From the IMG/VR virus record IMGVR_UViG_3300024187_000019, positions 1 to 29,645 of that record: a stretch of DNA of 29,645 bases; one strand, given 5' to 3'. The notes under the pieces were generated by a model that saw only the letters and a program-made list of their open reading frames with translations, did no database searches and was not told the origin of the DNA. Positions within the stretch are counted from its first letter, which is position 1. Each line of letters opens with the position of its first letter. The translations under genes were made by a program, and so were the position numbers. The DNA is from a virus. Lineage: Duplodnaviria; Caudoviricetes. This document shows, one piece after another, positions 16,164 through 24,928 of this stretch.

Positions 16164-16843
16164 CCTGTCTCCGCGTCTACATCGGTCACGACTCGCGCGA
16201 GCAGAAAGCCTTTGACGTCGCGGCCAAGACTGCGCGCGCTTTCGGTTGTGATGTGATTCCACTGTACGAGGACAGACTAAGGGCATCGGGGATGCTGACT
16301 CGCCCAACGGATAGGCGCGGCGGTATGTGGGATCTGAACAGCAATGCCCCGCAGTCCACGGAGTTTGCCATCAGCCGATTCTTTGTCCCGCTACTTGCTC
16401 ATTCCGGCTGGTGTCTCTTTGCCGATGCGGATGTTGTGTTCATGGAAGACCCGCACGAACTACTGTCCATTGCCGACAACGGAAAGGCCTTGCATTGCGT
16501 CAAGCATCCTCCGTTCGATCTTGCACAAACCAAGATGGACGGGCAGATACAAACGCAGTACAGCCGGAAGCTATGGTCGAGCGTGATCTTGTGGAACGCG
16601 GACCATCCGGCTAACAAACGTTTGAACCTGATGACGCTGAACCAGTGGCCGGGTAGGGACTTGCACCGCTTCGCCTGGCTGGCCGATGACGAAATCGGAA
16701 GCCTGCCCGCGGAAGCTAATTGGCTGGTCAATATCCAGCCTAAGCCGGCGCGGCCGATCGTTGCCCATTACACGCTAGGAACTCCTGACATGATCGGCGA
16801 ATCGGCGCACTCGGATATTTGGCAGGCGGCGAGCCAGCGATGA
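16160..16843 (+). CDS. GT-A nucleotide-diphospho-sugar transferase (GT8/CDI-like)
   Basis: VYIGHDSRE, STEFAISRFFVP, LFADAD (DxD), KLWSSVILWN..HP, NWLV, HYTLGTP. Confidence 0.8.
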   Translation: MTCLRVYIGHDSREQKAFDVAAKTARAFGCDVIPLYEDRLRASGMLTRPTDRRGGMWDLNSNAPQSTEFAISRFFVPLLAHSGWCLFADADVVFMEDPHELLSIADNGKALHCVKHPPFDLAQTKMDGQIQTQYSRKLWSSVILWNADHPANKRLNLMTLNQWPGRDLHRFAWLADDEIGSLPAEANWLVNIQPKPARPIVAHYTLGTPDMIGESAHSDIWQAASQR

Positions 16844-17571
16844 CCTATCCCTACGGCAGCTGGTCCTGGGGCTATTCAATGCGTCGCCAGGAGGCGCTTG
16901 CACGCTATGGACTGAGAATCGTATCTGGCCCGGACGCAGAGCCGATTTCGCTGGAGCTCGCGCGGGCGCACCTTCGGCTAGACGTTGATGACGACAGCCC
17001 GCCATCGCACCCTGACGACTTCTGGCTGACCGAAGTAGGCATCCCCGCGGCCCGCGAGGCGTGCGAGAGCGAGCTAGGTAGGGCTATTGCCCCACAAGTT
17101 TTCGAGATCAGCCTTCGCGGCTTTCCGAACTGGTTTCCCGGCATCGAGGTCTGTTCCGTCGATGGGCTGGTTTATCCCTGGGCGATAAGCCTTCCCATGT
17201 CGCCGGTTGAGTCTATTGTTTCGGTGAAGTACATTGACGCGGACGGAAACGAACAGACATGGGATCCGGCGAATTACATTCTCGATACCTGGTCGGACGT
17301 GAACGTGATTTATACGACCACTGGCGTTAGCTGGCCCCCGACAGGCGTAGTGCCGAACGCCGTCAAGATTCGCTATGTCGCTGGGTATTCATTGCCAGAC
17401 GATAGCCCGCTTTCTTATCCTCTACCCAAAGCGATAATGGCGGCGATGCTTCTCATGCTAGGGCATTTGTACGAGAACCGCGAAGCATCGACGGATGTGA
17501 AGCTGGACGAGATTCCCCGTGGAGTATCAGCCTTGCTTGAGCGGGACAGACTCAGGTTGTCGATGGCATGA
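16840..17571 (+). CDS. Head-tail connector protein (HK97 gp6 / phiE125 gp8-like)
   Basis: ATGA coupling at 16840; EPISLELARAHLRLD, AAREACE, V.IRYVAGY, AMLLMLGHLYENRE. Confidence 0.9.
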   Translation: MTYPYGSWSWGYSMRRQEALARYGLRIVSGPDAEPISLELARAHLRLDVDDDSPPSHPDDFWLTEVGIPAAREACESELGRAIAPQVFEISLRGFPNWFPGIEVCSVDGLVYPWAISLPMSPVESIVSVKYIDADGNEQTWDPANYILDTWSDVNVIYTTTGVSWPPTGVVPNAVKIRYVAGYSLPDDSPLSYPLPKAIMAAMLLMLGHLYENREASTDVKLDEIPRGVSALLERDRLRLSMA

Positions 17572-17906
17572 GAGCAGGCAAGCTAAGGCATCGGATAGAG
17601 GTTGACGAACCGATAACGAGTCAGAACGATACGGGCGAGGAAATAGTCAACTTCATGCCGTGGCCGCGCAAGGTGTCGGCTGAGGTCCATCCTCTGACTG
17701 GCCGGGAACGGCTGCTCAGTAACGGTATTCTGGCATCGTTCGATACGCGGATTGAAGTCCGCTGGAGTCCCGAGAACGCTAGGATAGATGCTAAGTGGCG
17801 CATCCTGTTCGCAGGGATTATCTACAACATCGTGAGTGCTGAGGACGTCGACTTTGCCCATCGCCGGATTGAGATCATGGCGACGAGCGGGGCGAACGAA
17901 GGCTAA
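17568..17906 (+). CDS. Head closure/stopper protein (SPP1 gp16 / HK97 gp7-like)
   Basis: MRAGKLRHRI, V.PLTGRE, IYNI.S motifs; position after the connector. Confidence 0.9.
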   Translation: MRAGKLRHRIEVDEPITSQNDTGEEIVNFMPWPRKVSAEVHPLTGRERLLSNGILASFDTRIEVRWSPENARIDAKWRILFAGIIYNIVSAEDVDFAHRRIEIMATSGANEG

Positions 17907-18343
17907 TGCCAGTTTCTACGACAGTCAGAGTCGAGGGCTTGCGGGAACTCGGTGAGCGTATGCGGGGACTTAGCCGCGAAGTCAACCTGAAGATTGCGCG
18001 GTCATCGACTAATGCCGCGGCCCAGGTCATCAAGAAGATCGTCAAGCAAAAGGCGCCGGTCGCGCCCCCTGAAGTAACCCCGAAGATTCCCTATGGGAGC
18101 CTGCGAGATAACGTCATCGTCAAACGTATCACAAAGACCGAACTGACGTCAGAACATATCGTCACGATCCGGGGCAAGAAAAAGGATTTTTACGCGGCTC
18201 GAGTCGGAAGGCTGCAGGAGTTTGGAACAGTCAAGATGCAGGCGCATCCGTTCATGAGGCCAGCCTTTGAGCAGGGCAAGTTGCAGGCGATGGATGCGCT
18301 GGTCAAGAAGCTAAAGACCGGAATCGACAAGGCGAGCAAATGA
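17906..18343 (+). CDS. HK97 gp10-like neck/tail completion protein
   Basis: VEGLREL, K.KAPV, EFGTVKMQAHPFMRPAF. Confidence 0.9.
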   Translation: MPVSTTVRVEGLRELGERMRGLSREVNLKIARSSTNAAAQVIKKIVKQKAPVAPPEVTPKIPYGSLRDNVIVKRITKTELTSEHIVTIRGKKKDFYAARVGRLQEFGTVKMQAHPFMRPAFEQGKLQAMDALVKKLKTGIDKASK

Positions 18344-18723
18344 GCCTGGAGGCCGATCTATTCTCGGCACTGAAATCGCTGGTCGGGAATCGTATGTCGC
18401 CTGATACCTTTCCCCAACCTCCAGCCGTTCCGGTCTGGCCGGCGATTCGCTATACGTTTGTCAGCAACGTCCCGTTTGTGGACTTGCTCGGGGATGGTGA
18501 TGACGAGACCTCGGAGCCACACGTCCAGTTAGATGTAGTCGCTACATCGTTCTCCGCAGTCCGGTCGCTCAGGCTTCAGGTGATGGCGGCGATGCGGACC
18601 TTTGCCCCGCCCGCCATTCTGCAGAACACAACGAGCGAATACGACTCTGAAACGAAGACGTATCGCGAGATCATGGAATACTCTTTTTTCGGCTCGTCTG
18701 ACAGCGGCAACTCGCCGCCTTAG
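18340..18723 (+). CDS. Tail terminator protein (DUF3168-like)
   Basis: WPAIRY..VS, VQLDV.A, YDSETKTYR; position before the major tail gene; extra C-terminal SSDSGNSPP. Confidence 0.8.
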   Translation: MSLEADLFSALKSLVGNRMSPDTFPQPPAVPVWPAIRYTFVSNVPFVDLLGDGDDETSEPHVQLDVVATSFSAVRSLRLQVMAAMRTFAPPAILQNTTSEYDSETKTYREIMEYSFFGSSDSGNSPP

Positions 18724-18740
18724 CAAGTAGCCGACCACTG

Positions 18741-18764
18741 AAGCCGCCTCCGGGCGGCTTTTTT
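18741..18764 (+). terminator. Intrinsic terminator-like hairpin upstream of the major tail gene
   Basis: AAGCCGCC-TCCG-GGCGGCTT followed by TTTT. Confidence 0.75.
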
Positions 18765-18783
18765 ATTGTCGAAAGGAAATATC

Positions 18784-19440
18784 ATGGCATCAGGCCGCAG
18801 ATACAAATTCCAAGGAAGTTTTATCGGGGTACTGGTGGACTACGATGCCACTAGCCCGTCCAAAGCCATCACTGCGATCACGAAGGCGAATCCCGCCGTC
18901 GTGACATCAGCAGGTCACGGCCTCGTCGATGGCGACGTCGTGCATATCACTGGAGTCCTGGGCATGACAGAAGTGAACGGAACCTCGTTCATCGTCAATT
19001 CCCTGTCCTCCAGTACGTTCGAACTCGTCGATACCAATTCGACCGGCTACGGAACGTATGTGAGCGGCGGGCTTTTCGACGTCGCTACCTTCAGCAATTT
19101 CTGCGAACTGACCGGCTACAACCGGACCGGAGGTTCTTCGCCGGAACAGGACGCGACCTCCCTTTGCTCCGTTTCAAAAGAATACGAGATCGGTCTGCCC
19201 GACATGGGTACGACTCAGATCGACTTCAACTTCGCCCCGCAGACGGCGATTCAATTGGCCCTCAAAGCCTTCGACACGTCCAAGGAACTCATGGCGGTCA
19301 AGGTCATTCTGCCGAACAGCGGCGGGACGATGGTGCAGCTTGGCTTCGTTCAGCAGTTGAGCGAGCAGGTTGCGAATCAAGGTCTGTGGACTGGATCGGT
19401 CACGATCCGGAACACAGGTCCGCGTTATGACATCGCGTGA
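18784..19440 (+). CDS. Major tail (tube) protein with inserted E1-FCCH-like beta domain
   Basis: RBS GAAAGGA; tube motifs GG...E.DATSLCS..KEY..GLPD.G; insert 18865-19071 ITKANPAVVT..HGL.DGD.V.I.GV.GMTEVN. Confidence 0.88.
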   Translation: MASGRRYKFQGSFIGVLVDYDATSPSKAITAITKANPAVVTSAGHGLVDGDVVHITGVLGMTEVNGTSFIVNSLSSSTFELVDTNSTGYGTYVSGGLFDVATFSNFCELTGYNRTGGSSPEQDATSLCSVSKEYEIGLPDMGTTQIDFNFAPQTAIQLALKAFDTSKELMAVKVILPNSGGTMVQLGFVQQLSEQVANQGLWTGSVTIRNTGPRYDIA

Positions 19441-19445
19441 TCTGT

Positions 19446-19775
19446 ATGAACCGCGACGAACTGATTGCAAAGATGAAGGTGACGGCTGCGCAGAAACCGA
19501 CAGCCGTTACTGTTCCTGGTTGGGGGAAAGTCTGGGTTAGATCCCTGACCGTTGACGAGGTAGATGCACAGGACGAGGACACAAACGACAAGAAGGATCG
19601 CACTCGGCTTTCCCGCGGCGCCGCTCGACTGATTTGTGACGAGAACGGGAAACGGATGTTTGATCCAGAAAACCCGGAGGACGTGAAGTTGCTTGCGGCA
19701 CAGCCCTGGAATCTTGTGCAGATGGTACTCGCTGCGTCTGGTAAACAGACGGAAGAGGCCGTAGCGGGAAACTGA
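19446..19775 (+). CDS. Tail assembly chaperone (lambda gpG-like)
   Basis: V.VPGWG.VWVRSLT, ICDENGKRMF; ends in a slippery site; alternative GTG start at 19437. Confidence 0.85.
   Translation: MNRDELIAKMKVTAAQKPTAVTVPGWGKVWVRSLTVDEVDAQDEDTNDKKDRTRLSRGAARLICDENGKRMFDPENPEDVKLLAAQPWNLVQMVLAASGKQTEEAVAGN
19766..19772 (+). promoter_or_regulatory. -1 programmed ribosomal frameshift site G GGA AAC
   Basis: X XXY YYZ heptamer directly before the TGA; the -1 frame is open into ORF 19796..20080. Confidence 0.85.
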
Positions 19776-20080
19776 CGCGGCGCCAGGAATTCCGCATGGA
19801 CCTGGCGCTAGAAAGCGGATGGTCAGATGAATATATCGGGGCCATGTCAAACACGCAGTTTTTGCGTTGGCAGAAATACGCCGCTACACGAATGTTTCCG
19901 TCGCAGCGTCTTGAGTTGTATTTGATGCAAGTAGCAATGATTATCGGAAAGGTCATGGGCGGAAGCAAGGCATCATTGCAGGATTATGTGATTGAGCGGA
20001 AAGCAACCGGGGACGATGAAGATAACCTTGAAGCGGCTAAAGAAGCGTTTGGCTTCAAGCCGCGGATTGTGAAGGGATAG
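19772..20080 (+). CDS. Tail assembly chaperone gpT-like segment, expressed as a G-T frameshift fusion
   Basis: -1 frame reads LTRRQEFRMDLALESG..MS..F..W..Y; lies directly before the tape measure gene. Confidence 0.8.
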   Translation: MTRRQEFRMDLALESGWSDEYIGAMSNTQFLRWQKYAATRMFPSQRLELYLMQVAMIIGKVMGGSKASLQDYVIERKATGDDEDNLEAAKEAFGFKPRIVKG

Positions 20081-20083
20081 GGC

Positions 20084-22756
20084 ATGGCTGCGTCTCTTGG
20101 TTCGATGGTCGTAAGCCTCGGGCTGAATGCGACCGAATTTGTAACGGGCCTGACCAAGTCCGAATACGAGGCCCGCAAGTTCGCGCAGAACATGGAAAAG
20201 ATCGGCCGTCAGGCCGGTACTTTCCTTGGTGTAGCGGCTACAGCTGCGGCGGCTGGTCTATTTGTGATGACCAAGAATGCCATCGACGCCGCGGACCATC
20301 TGAACGATCTGTCAAAGAGTACCGGGATTGCCGTCGGGACTCTTGGTGGATTAGGTTTTGCCGCCGAACAGTCAGGGTCCAGCCTTGAAGGTGTGGGGAA
20401 GGCCGTTGGCAAACTCAACATTGAGATTGCGGCAGCGGCGGCAGGAAATGAGCAGGCGAACCGTACCTTTGCCGCAATGGGAATCTCAGTCCGAGACGCG
20501 GCCGGCAACATCAAGGACGCGGACCAAGTATTTTCCGAGGTCGCAACGGCATTTGCTAGCTACGAGGACGGCCCGAACAAGGCCGCGATAGGTAATGCGC
20601 TGTTCAAGAAGTCCTATCAGGACATCATCCCTCTGCTCGACCAGGGCGGCGCCAAGCTACAAGCCAACGTCGACTACTACAAGAAATACGCTGGCGTCAC
20701 TGAGGAGGTCGCGCAGCAAGCGGACGAATTCAATGACACGATCAAGAAACTTCAGCTACTTACCGGATCGTTCGCCCGGACGCTGGCGGCTGAATTACTG
20801 CCATCGTTGCAGAACGTCGCGGACGAATTTCTAAGGTCCAAGGAAAAAGGGGACCAGTTCAAGGGGACGGCGAGTGATGTCGCCGAGTTCCTAAAGGGCG
20901 CGGCTGTTGTCGCGGCCTATACCGCTCAGGCATTCCGCGGCCTGGGTTTGGTCATTGGTGCTACCGCTGCACAGTTGTCAGCTCTTGGTCATGGCGACTT
21001 CAAAGGCGTCAAGTTCATCGGGGACGAGGTAAAGAAAGACATTGAGGAATCGAAAAAGCAACTGGCATCGTTTGTCGATGCAATCAACAATACCAAGAAA
21101 GAAACAGGCACAGCAAACAACGCATTCTTTTTCAATCGCACTATTACCACAAAGAGGCCGGCGCCAAGCATAGGCGATACCGGCGCGATCGGGGATGCCG
21201 AGAACCTAGCCAAGAAAATACTCGACGGACAAATCAAGGCGCTGGAAGCCTCGATTGCCCGCGAGAAAGACATACTCAGTGAACGGGCTGATTTCCTCCG
21301 CGACTATTTCAGCGAAGGACTGTTGTCGGTCGAGCAGTATTACGACCAGACGCAGCGGTCTCGTGACGAGAATCTAAGGGCCGCGCTTGCTGATCTGGAC
21401 AAAGAGGTCGCCGCAGCCCAAGCAGCTAAGGCTAAACTAAGTAAGGCTGCTGATCGAGAGGAAGTCCAGAACAAGATAAACGACATACGCGAGCGCCAGG
21501 CCAATCTGACCCGCGACGCGGCGACGCAGGAAAGGGCTTTTGACAGGGAACGTGATCGAGCGGCCCAGCAGTACGCGGATCAGTTGGACGAACTGAACGC
21601 GAAGATGCTGGAGCTCGCCGGGAACACCGCGGCGGCTGCGTCTATCCGGTTCGACTCGCAGAATCGAATCCTTGCCAACTCGCTAGCCTCTGCCCGCAAT
21701 CAGCAGGGCCAGGATCAGCTTGCGGCAATCAAGGCCGCTACCGTCTTACAGTCCCGGCTGAATGACGAGCAACTCAAGTTCACCCGCATTCTGGACGTCG
21801 TTGCGCTCAAGACAAGTGCCATAGACCTCCTGCAGCAGAACGGCTCCCTGACCGAACTGGACGCCATCAACAAGCGATCGGAAGCCTACCGAGCCTATAT
21901 CCCCCTGCTTGAGCAGGTAGCGGCCAAATACGACGTTCTAGCCGCATCGGCAACCGATCCTGCCTCTGCCGCTGGATTCGCCGTCAATGCCGCGAAGATA
22001 CGCGAGCAGATAGCACAGATGGCCGTGGCCTCTGATGCCCTGGCGCAGAAGTTCCGCGGCGTATTCGTGGATGCTTTTGCAGACGGGATTACAAGCCTTG
22101 TGACCGGCGCTAAGACGCTCAAGGACGTGCTGAAGGACGTCGAGAAAAGCATAGTCCAGTCCATCAGTCAGATAGCGTCCAAGAATATCTCGGAATCCCT
22201 ATTCGGCAAGGAAGGGGCGTTGGGTGGCATCCCCAATTTCTTCGCCGGCCTGTTCGGGGACAAGTCCAAAGGGGCAGGGGGAGACTTAATCTCTACGATC
22301 TTTGGCGGTGCCAAGGGTGGGGCAACAGCAGCAGACGCGGCCCTCGTTACCCTCAGTACTACTACGGCCGTAGCAGACGCCGCGGTTGTCACGTTCACCG
22401 CATCCATGACCGCGGCGACGGCAGCTGCGACGGCTTTTGCTGCGTCCGCGAGTGCAGGGAGTGCCGGGGCGATTGGAGGCGGGGTATCGAATTTCGTAGA
22501 CTTCGGACAGTTCTTTGCTGATGGCGGATACCCGCCTGTCGGAAAACTATCAATCGTCGGCGAGCATGGGCCGGAAGTCTTTATCCCCAATGCGGCCGGG
22601 AAGATTATTCCGATGGATCGTATATCACGTCAATCTGGAGGCGACTCGATTACGGTGCACGTCAACGTCTTGCCTGGAGCCTCTCGAGCATCGGCGGAAC
22701 AAGCGGCGGCAGCGGTTGCTCGGGAACTGAATAGCAGAGGAAGGCGGGTCGCGTGA
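20084..22756 (+). CDS. Tail tape measure protein
   Basis: 890 aa Ala-rich and helical; SLGSMVVSLGLN..F N-terminus; C-terminal FADGG...VGEHGPEVFIP. Confidence 0.92.
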   Translation: MAASLGSMVVSLGLNATEFVTGLTKSEYEARKFAQNMEKIGRQAGTFLGVAATAAAAGLFVMTKNAIDAADHLNDLSKSTGIAVGTLGGLGFAAEQSGSSLEGVGKAVGKLNIEIAAAAAGNEQANRTFAAMGISVRDAAGNIKDADQVFSEVATAFASYEDGPNKAAIGNALFKKSYQDIIPLLDQGGAKLQANVDYYKKYAGVTEEVAQQADEFNDTIKKLQLLTGSFARTLAAELLPSLQNVADEFLRSKEKGDQFKGTASDVAEFLKGAAVVAAYTAQAFRGLGLVIGATAAQLSALGHGDFKGVKFIGDEVKKDIEESKKQLASFVDAINNTKKETGTANNAFFFNRTITTKRPAPSIGDTGAIGDAENLAKKILDGQIKALEASIAREKDILSERADFLRDYFSEGLLSVEQYYDQTQRSRDENLRAALADLDKEVAAAQAAKAKLSKAADREEVQNKINDIRERQANLTRDAATQERAFDRERDRAAQQYADQLDELNAKMLELAGNTAAAASIRFDSQNRILANSLASARNQQGQDQLAAIKAATVLQSRLNDEQLKFTRILDVVALKTSAIDLLQQNGSLTELDAINKRSEAYRAYIPLLEQVAAKYDVLAASATDPASAAGFAVNAAKIREQIAQMAVASDALAQKFRGVFVDAFADGITSLVTGAKTLKDVLKDVEKSIVQSISQIASKNISESLFGKEGALGGIPNFFAGLFGDKSKGAGGDLISTIFGGAKGGATAADAALVTLSTTTAVADAAVVTFTASMTAATAAATAFAASASAGSAGAIGGGVSNFVDFGQFFADGGYPPVGKLSIVGEHGPEVFIPNAAGKIIPMDRISRQSGGDSITVHVNVLPGASRASAEQAAAAVARELNSRGRRVA

Positions 22757-23331
22757 GTTTCAAAAACATCCGTTTCCCGGTCGACATTTCCTTTGATGCC
22801 GTTGGCGGGCCGGGATTCCTGACGAACGTTGTTCCGGTCAATAGTGGTAGAGAATTTCGGGAAGACGTCTGGGCGCTAGAACGGGGCGAATGGGAAGTAA
22901 GCCATGCCGCGAAACTGCCCAACAAATATGAACGGCTGCGCTCATTTTTCCGCGTGGTCAAGGGCAGGGCTTATAGTTTCCGATTCAAGGACTGGACGGA
23001 CTTTGTAGCCTTATCAGGAGAAGGTCTGTTCATCGACGCGGGCGACGACAGCCCTGCGACGACTAAGCAGATGGTCAAGCGTTATACCTTTGGCTCGGAG
23101 ACATTCGATCGCGTCATTACCAAGCCGATTAGCGGGTCCGTAACGACGGACGCATCGAGTCTTGACTACAACACCGGCATTGCAACGAGCGGGACATATT
23201 GGTTCGGTGAGTTCGACTGTCACGTCCGATTCGATACGGACAAGATGCTGGCCGTAACCAAGGATCGGAATCCGGCTGAAGGTCTGATTATCACCTGGGC
23301 AAGTATTCCCCTGATCGAGATCAAGGGTTGA
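22753..23331 (+). CDS. Distal tail protein, DUF2460 (GTA-like)
   Basis: RFPVDIS..AVGGP.F.T, FF....GRAYSFRFKDWTDF, R.ITKP, EFD..VRFDTD. Confidence 0.9.
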   Translation: MSFKNIRFPVDISFDAVGGPGFLTNVVPVNSGREFREDVWALERGEWEVSHAAKLPNKYERLRSFFRVVKGRAYSFRFKDWTDFVALSGEGLFIDAGDDSPATTKQMVKRYTFGSETFDRVITKPISGSVTTDASSLDYNTGIATSGTYWFGEFDCHVRFDTDKMLAVTKDRNPAEGLIITWASIPLIEIKG

Positions 23332-24491
23332 AAACGATAAGCGTCGCGCTCGATACAGCATTGAGCGCGGAGTTGATGGGCAGGGCGGTACTCCTGAAGA
23401 TGACGCGGACGGATGGGGTTATCGTCGCCGCGGCGAATCACGACAGGGACATCATCTTTGGCGGCGTTGCGTACCTGTCCAGTAGCGGCGGGACGGAGAC
23501 TGATGTTGCTACGACTTCGGCCCTGAACGTCGATAACGCGAGTCAGAAAGGCATCTTGTCCCTAGACTCGATTACGGACGATGACCTCCATGCGGGTCTG
23601 TACGACTACGCAGCCATCAGTCTGTTCTCGGTCAATTACAAGGATCTGAGCCAGGGAGCGTACAGACTCAGAGACGGCAAGATTGGGCAGGTAAGCACGG
23701 AGCGGAGCACGTTTGTTGCCGAGCTCCGGGGCATGATGGAAGCGTTGCAAAGGCAATTCGGGACGCTCTACCTGCCGATGTGCCCGTACAACCTCGGTGA
23801 CTTTCCTTTCGCTGCTCCAGGCCGGGGACGATGTACGGTCGTCCTATCTGGCGGCAGTCCTGATTCACCTGCCATCGGATTCACGGTTACGAGCACGCTA
23901 ACCGGCGTCGGCGCAGATCAGGTTACGTTGTTGGATACCGCCAGGACTGAACCCGGTCCTTCGGGTGGAATTGCGATAACGAACATCACGTCTGCCAATC
24001 CTGGGGTTGTCACGACCGCGGCGCCTTTGGGCCTGCCTGACTTTTCCACGGTCACAATCTCCGGCGTTGTTGGCATGGCGAACGTCAATACCACGACTGT
24101 CATCAGGAATCCGAGCGGCAGCACATTTGAGATTGTGGATACATCAGGATTCCCGGCATACATCAGCGGCGGGACGGTCACGCCTTTAGGGGCAGACTCG
24201 GGATGGTTCGACTATGGACTACTAACGATCCTAACAGGTCCGAATGCTAACCGCAGCCAGCACATCAAGTCCTACCTTCCCGGCCAGTTCGTTCTGCAAC
24301 AGCCGTTTTTCTATCCCCTTGTCGGGACGGAAAGCTATACCGCTGTCGCCGGCTGCAATAAGACCTCGATCGTTTGTAAGGACAAGTTCGACAACCTCCT
24401 GAACTTCGGCGGCTATCCGTTCGTCCCCGGTCAGGACAAGATTATCCAAGTGGCCCAACCTCAGTCCGGGCAGTCGGCGCAAAAGAAATGA
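23328..24491 (+). CDS. Baseplate hub protein, DUF2163/BR0599 (GTA-like), with inserted FCCH-like domain
   Basis: TRTDG....NHDRDI, F.AELRG, C.YNLGD..C, GCNK...C..KFDN.LNFGGYPFVPG. Confidence 0.9.
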   Translation: MKTISVALDTALSAELMGRAVLLKMTRTDGVIVAAANHDRDIIFGGVAYLSSSGGTETDVATTSALNVDNASQKGILSLDSITDDDLHAGLYDYAAISLFSVNYKDLSQGAYRLRDGKIGQVSTERSTFVAELRGMMEALQRQFGTLYLPMCPYNLGDFPFAAPGRGRCTVVLSGGSPDSPAIGFTVTSTLTGVGADQVTLLDTARTEPGPSGGIAITNITSANPGVVTTAAPLGLPDFSTVTISGVVGMANVNTTTVIRNPSGSTFEIVDTSGFPAYISGGTVTPLGADSGWFDYGLLTILTGPNANRSQHIKSYLPGQFVLQQPFFYPLVGTESYTAVAGCNKTSIVCKDKFDNLLNFGGYPFVPGQDKIIQVAQPQSGQSAQKK

Positions 24492-24928
24492 CGACGCGAG
24501 CCGAAATCGTAGCCGCTGCGCGCTCGCAGCTTGGCGTTCGCACCCAACATCAGGCGGCAGTGAAGGACGTTGCCTGCGACTGTATAGGGCTGCTCCTGAT
24601 AGTCGCCGGGATCTGCAATATGCCACAGGTAACTGCCTTCCTGCAGGACTCCAGGTTTCGGGCCTATTCCAGACCTCCCAATCCGCGCCTACTCATTGCA
24701 GCCTGTGACGCTTATCTCGATCGCATCCCGATCACTGAAGCCCTACCGGGCGACATAGCCTTGGGCCGGATCGAAAAGGAACCGCAGCACTTCGGGATTA
24801 TCTCATCGATTGATCCGCCGCGAATCATCCATGCCTACAGTCAAGTTGGGAAGGTCACGGAGAACGGGATAGACGCGAACTGGCAGGCCAAGGTTGTGCG
24901 GATGTATCGCTTCCGAGGGGTTGAGTAG
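24488..24928 (+). CDS. NlpC/P60 family tail-associated peptidase
   Basis: IVAAARS.LG, CDCIGL (catalytic Cys), PQHFGI, IIHAY. Confidence 0.9.
   Translation: MTTRAEIVAAARSQLGVRTQHQAAVKDVACDCIGLLLIVAGICNMPQVTAFLQDSRFRAYSRPPNPRLLIAACDAYLDRIPITEALPGDIALGRIEKEPQHFGIISSIDPPRIIHAYSQVGKVTENGIDANWQAKVVRMYRFRGVE

Noticed and set aside
12686-16843. Cassette as a DNA hypermodification or serotype conversion locus
   Set aside because: No nucleotide-modifying partners, no GtrA/GtrB or membrane proteins, and it is coupled to late structural genes; not excluded, but less likely
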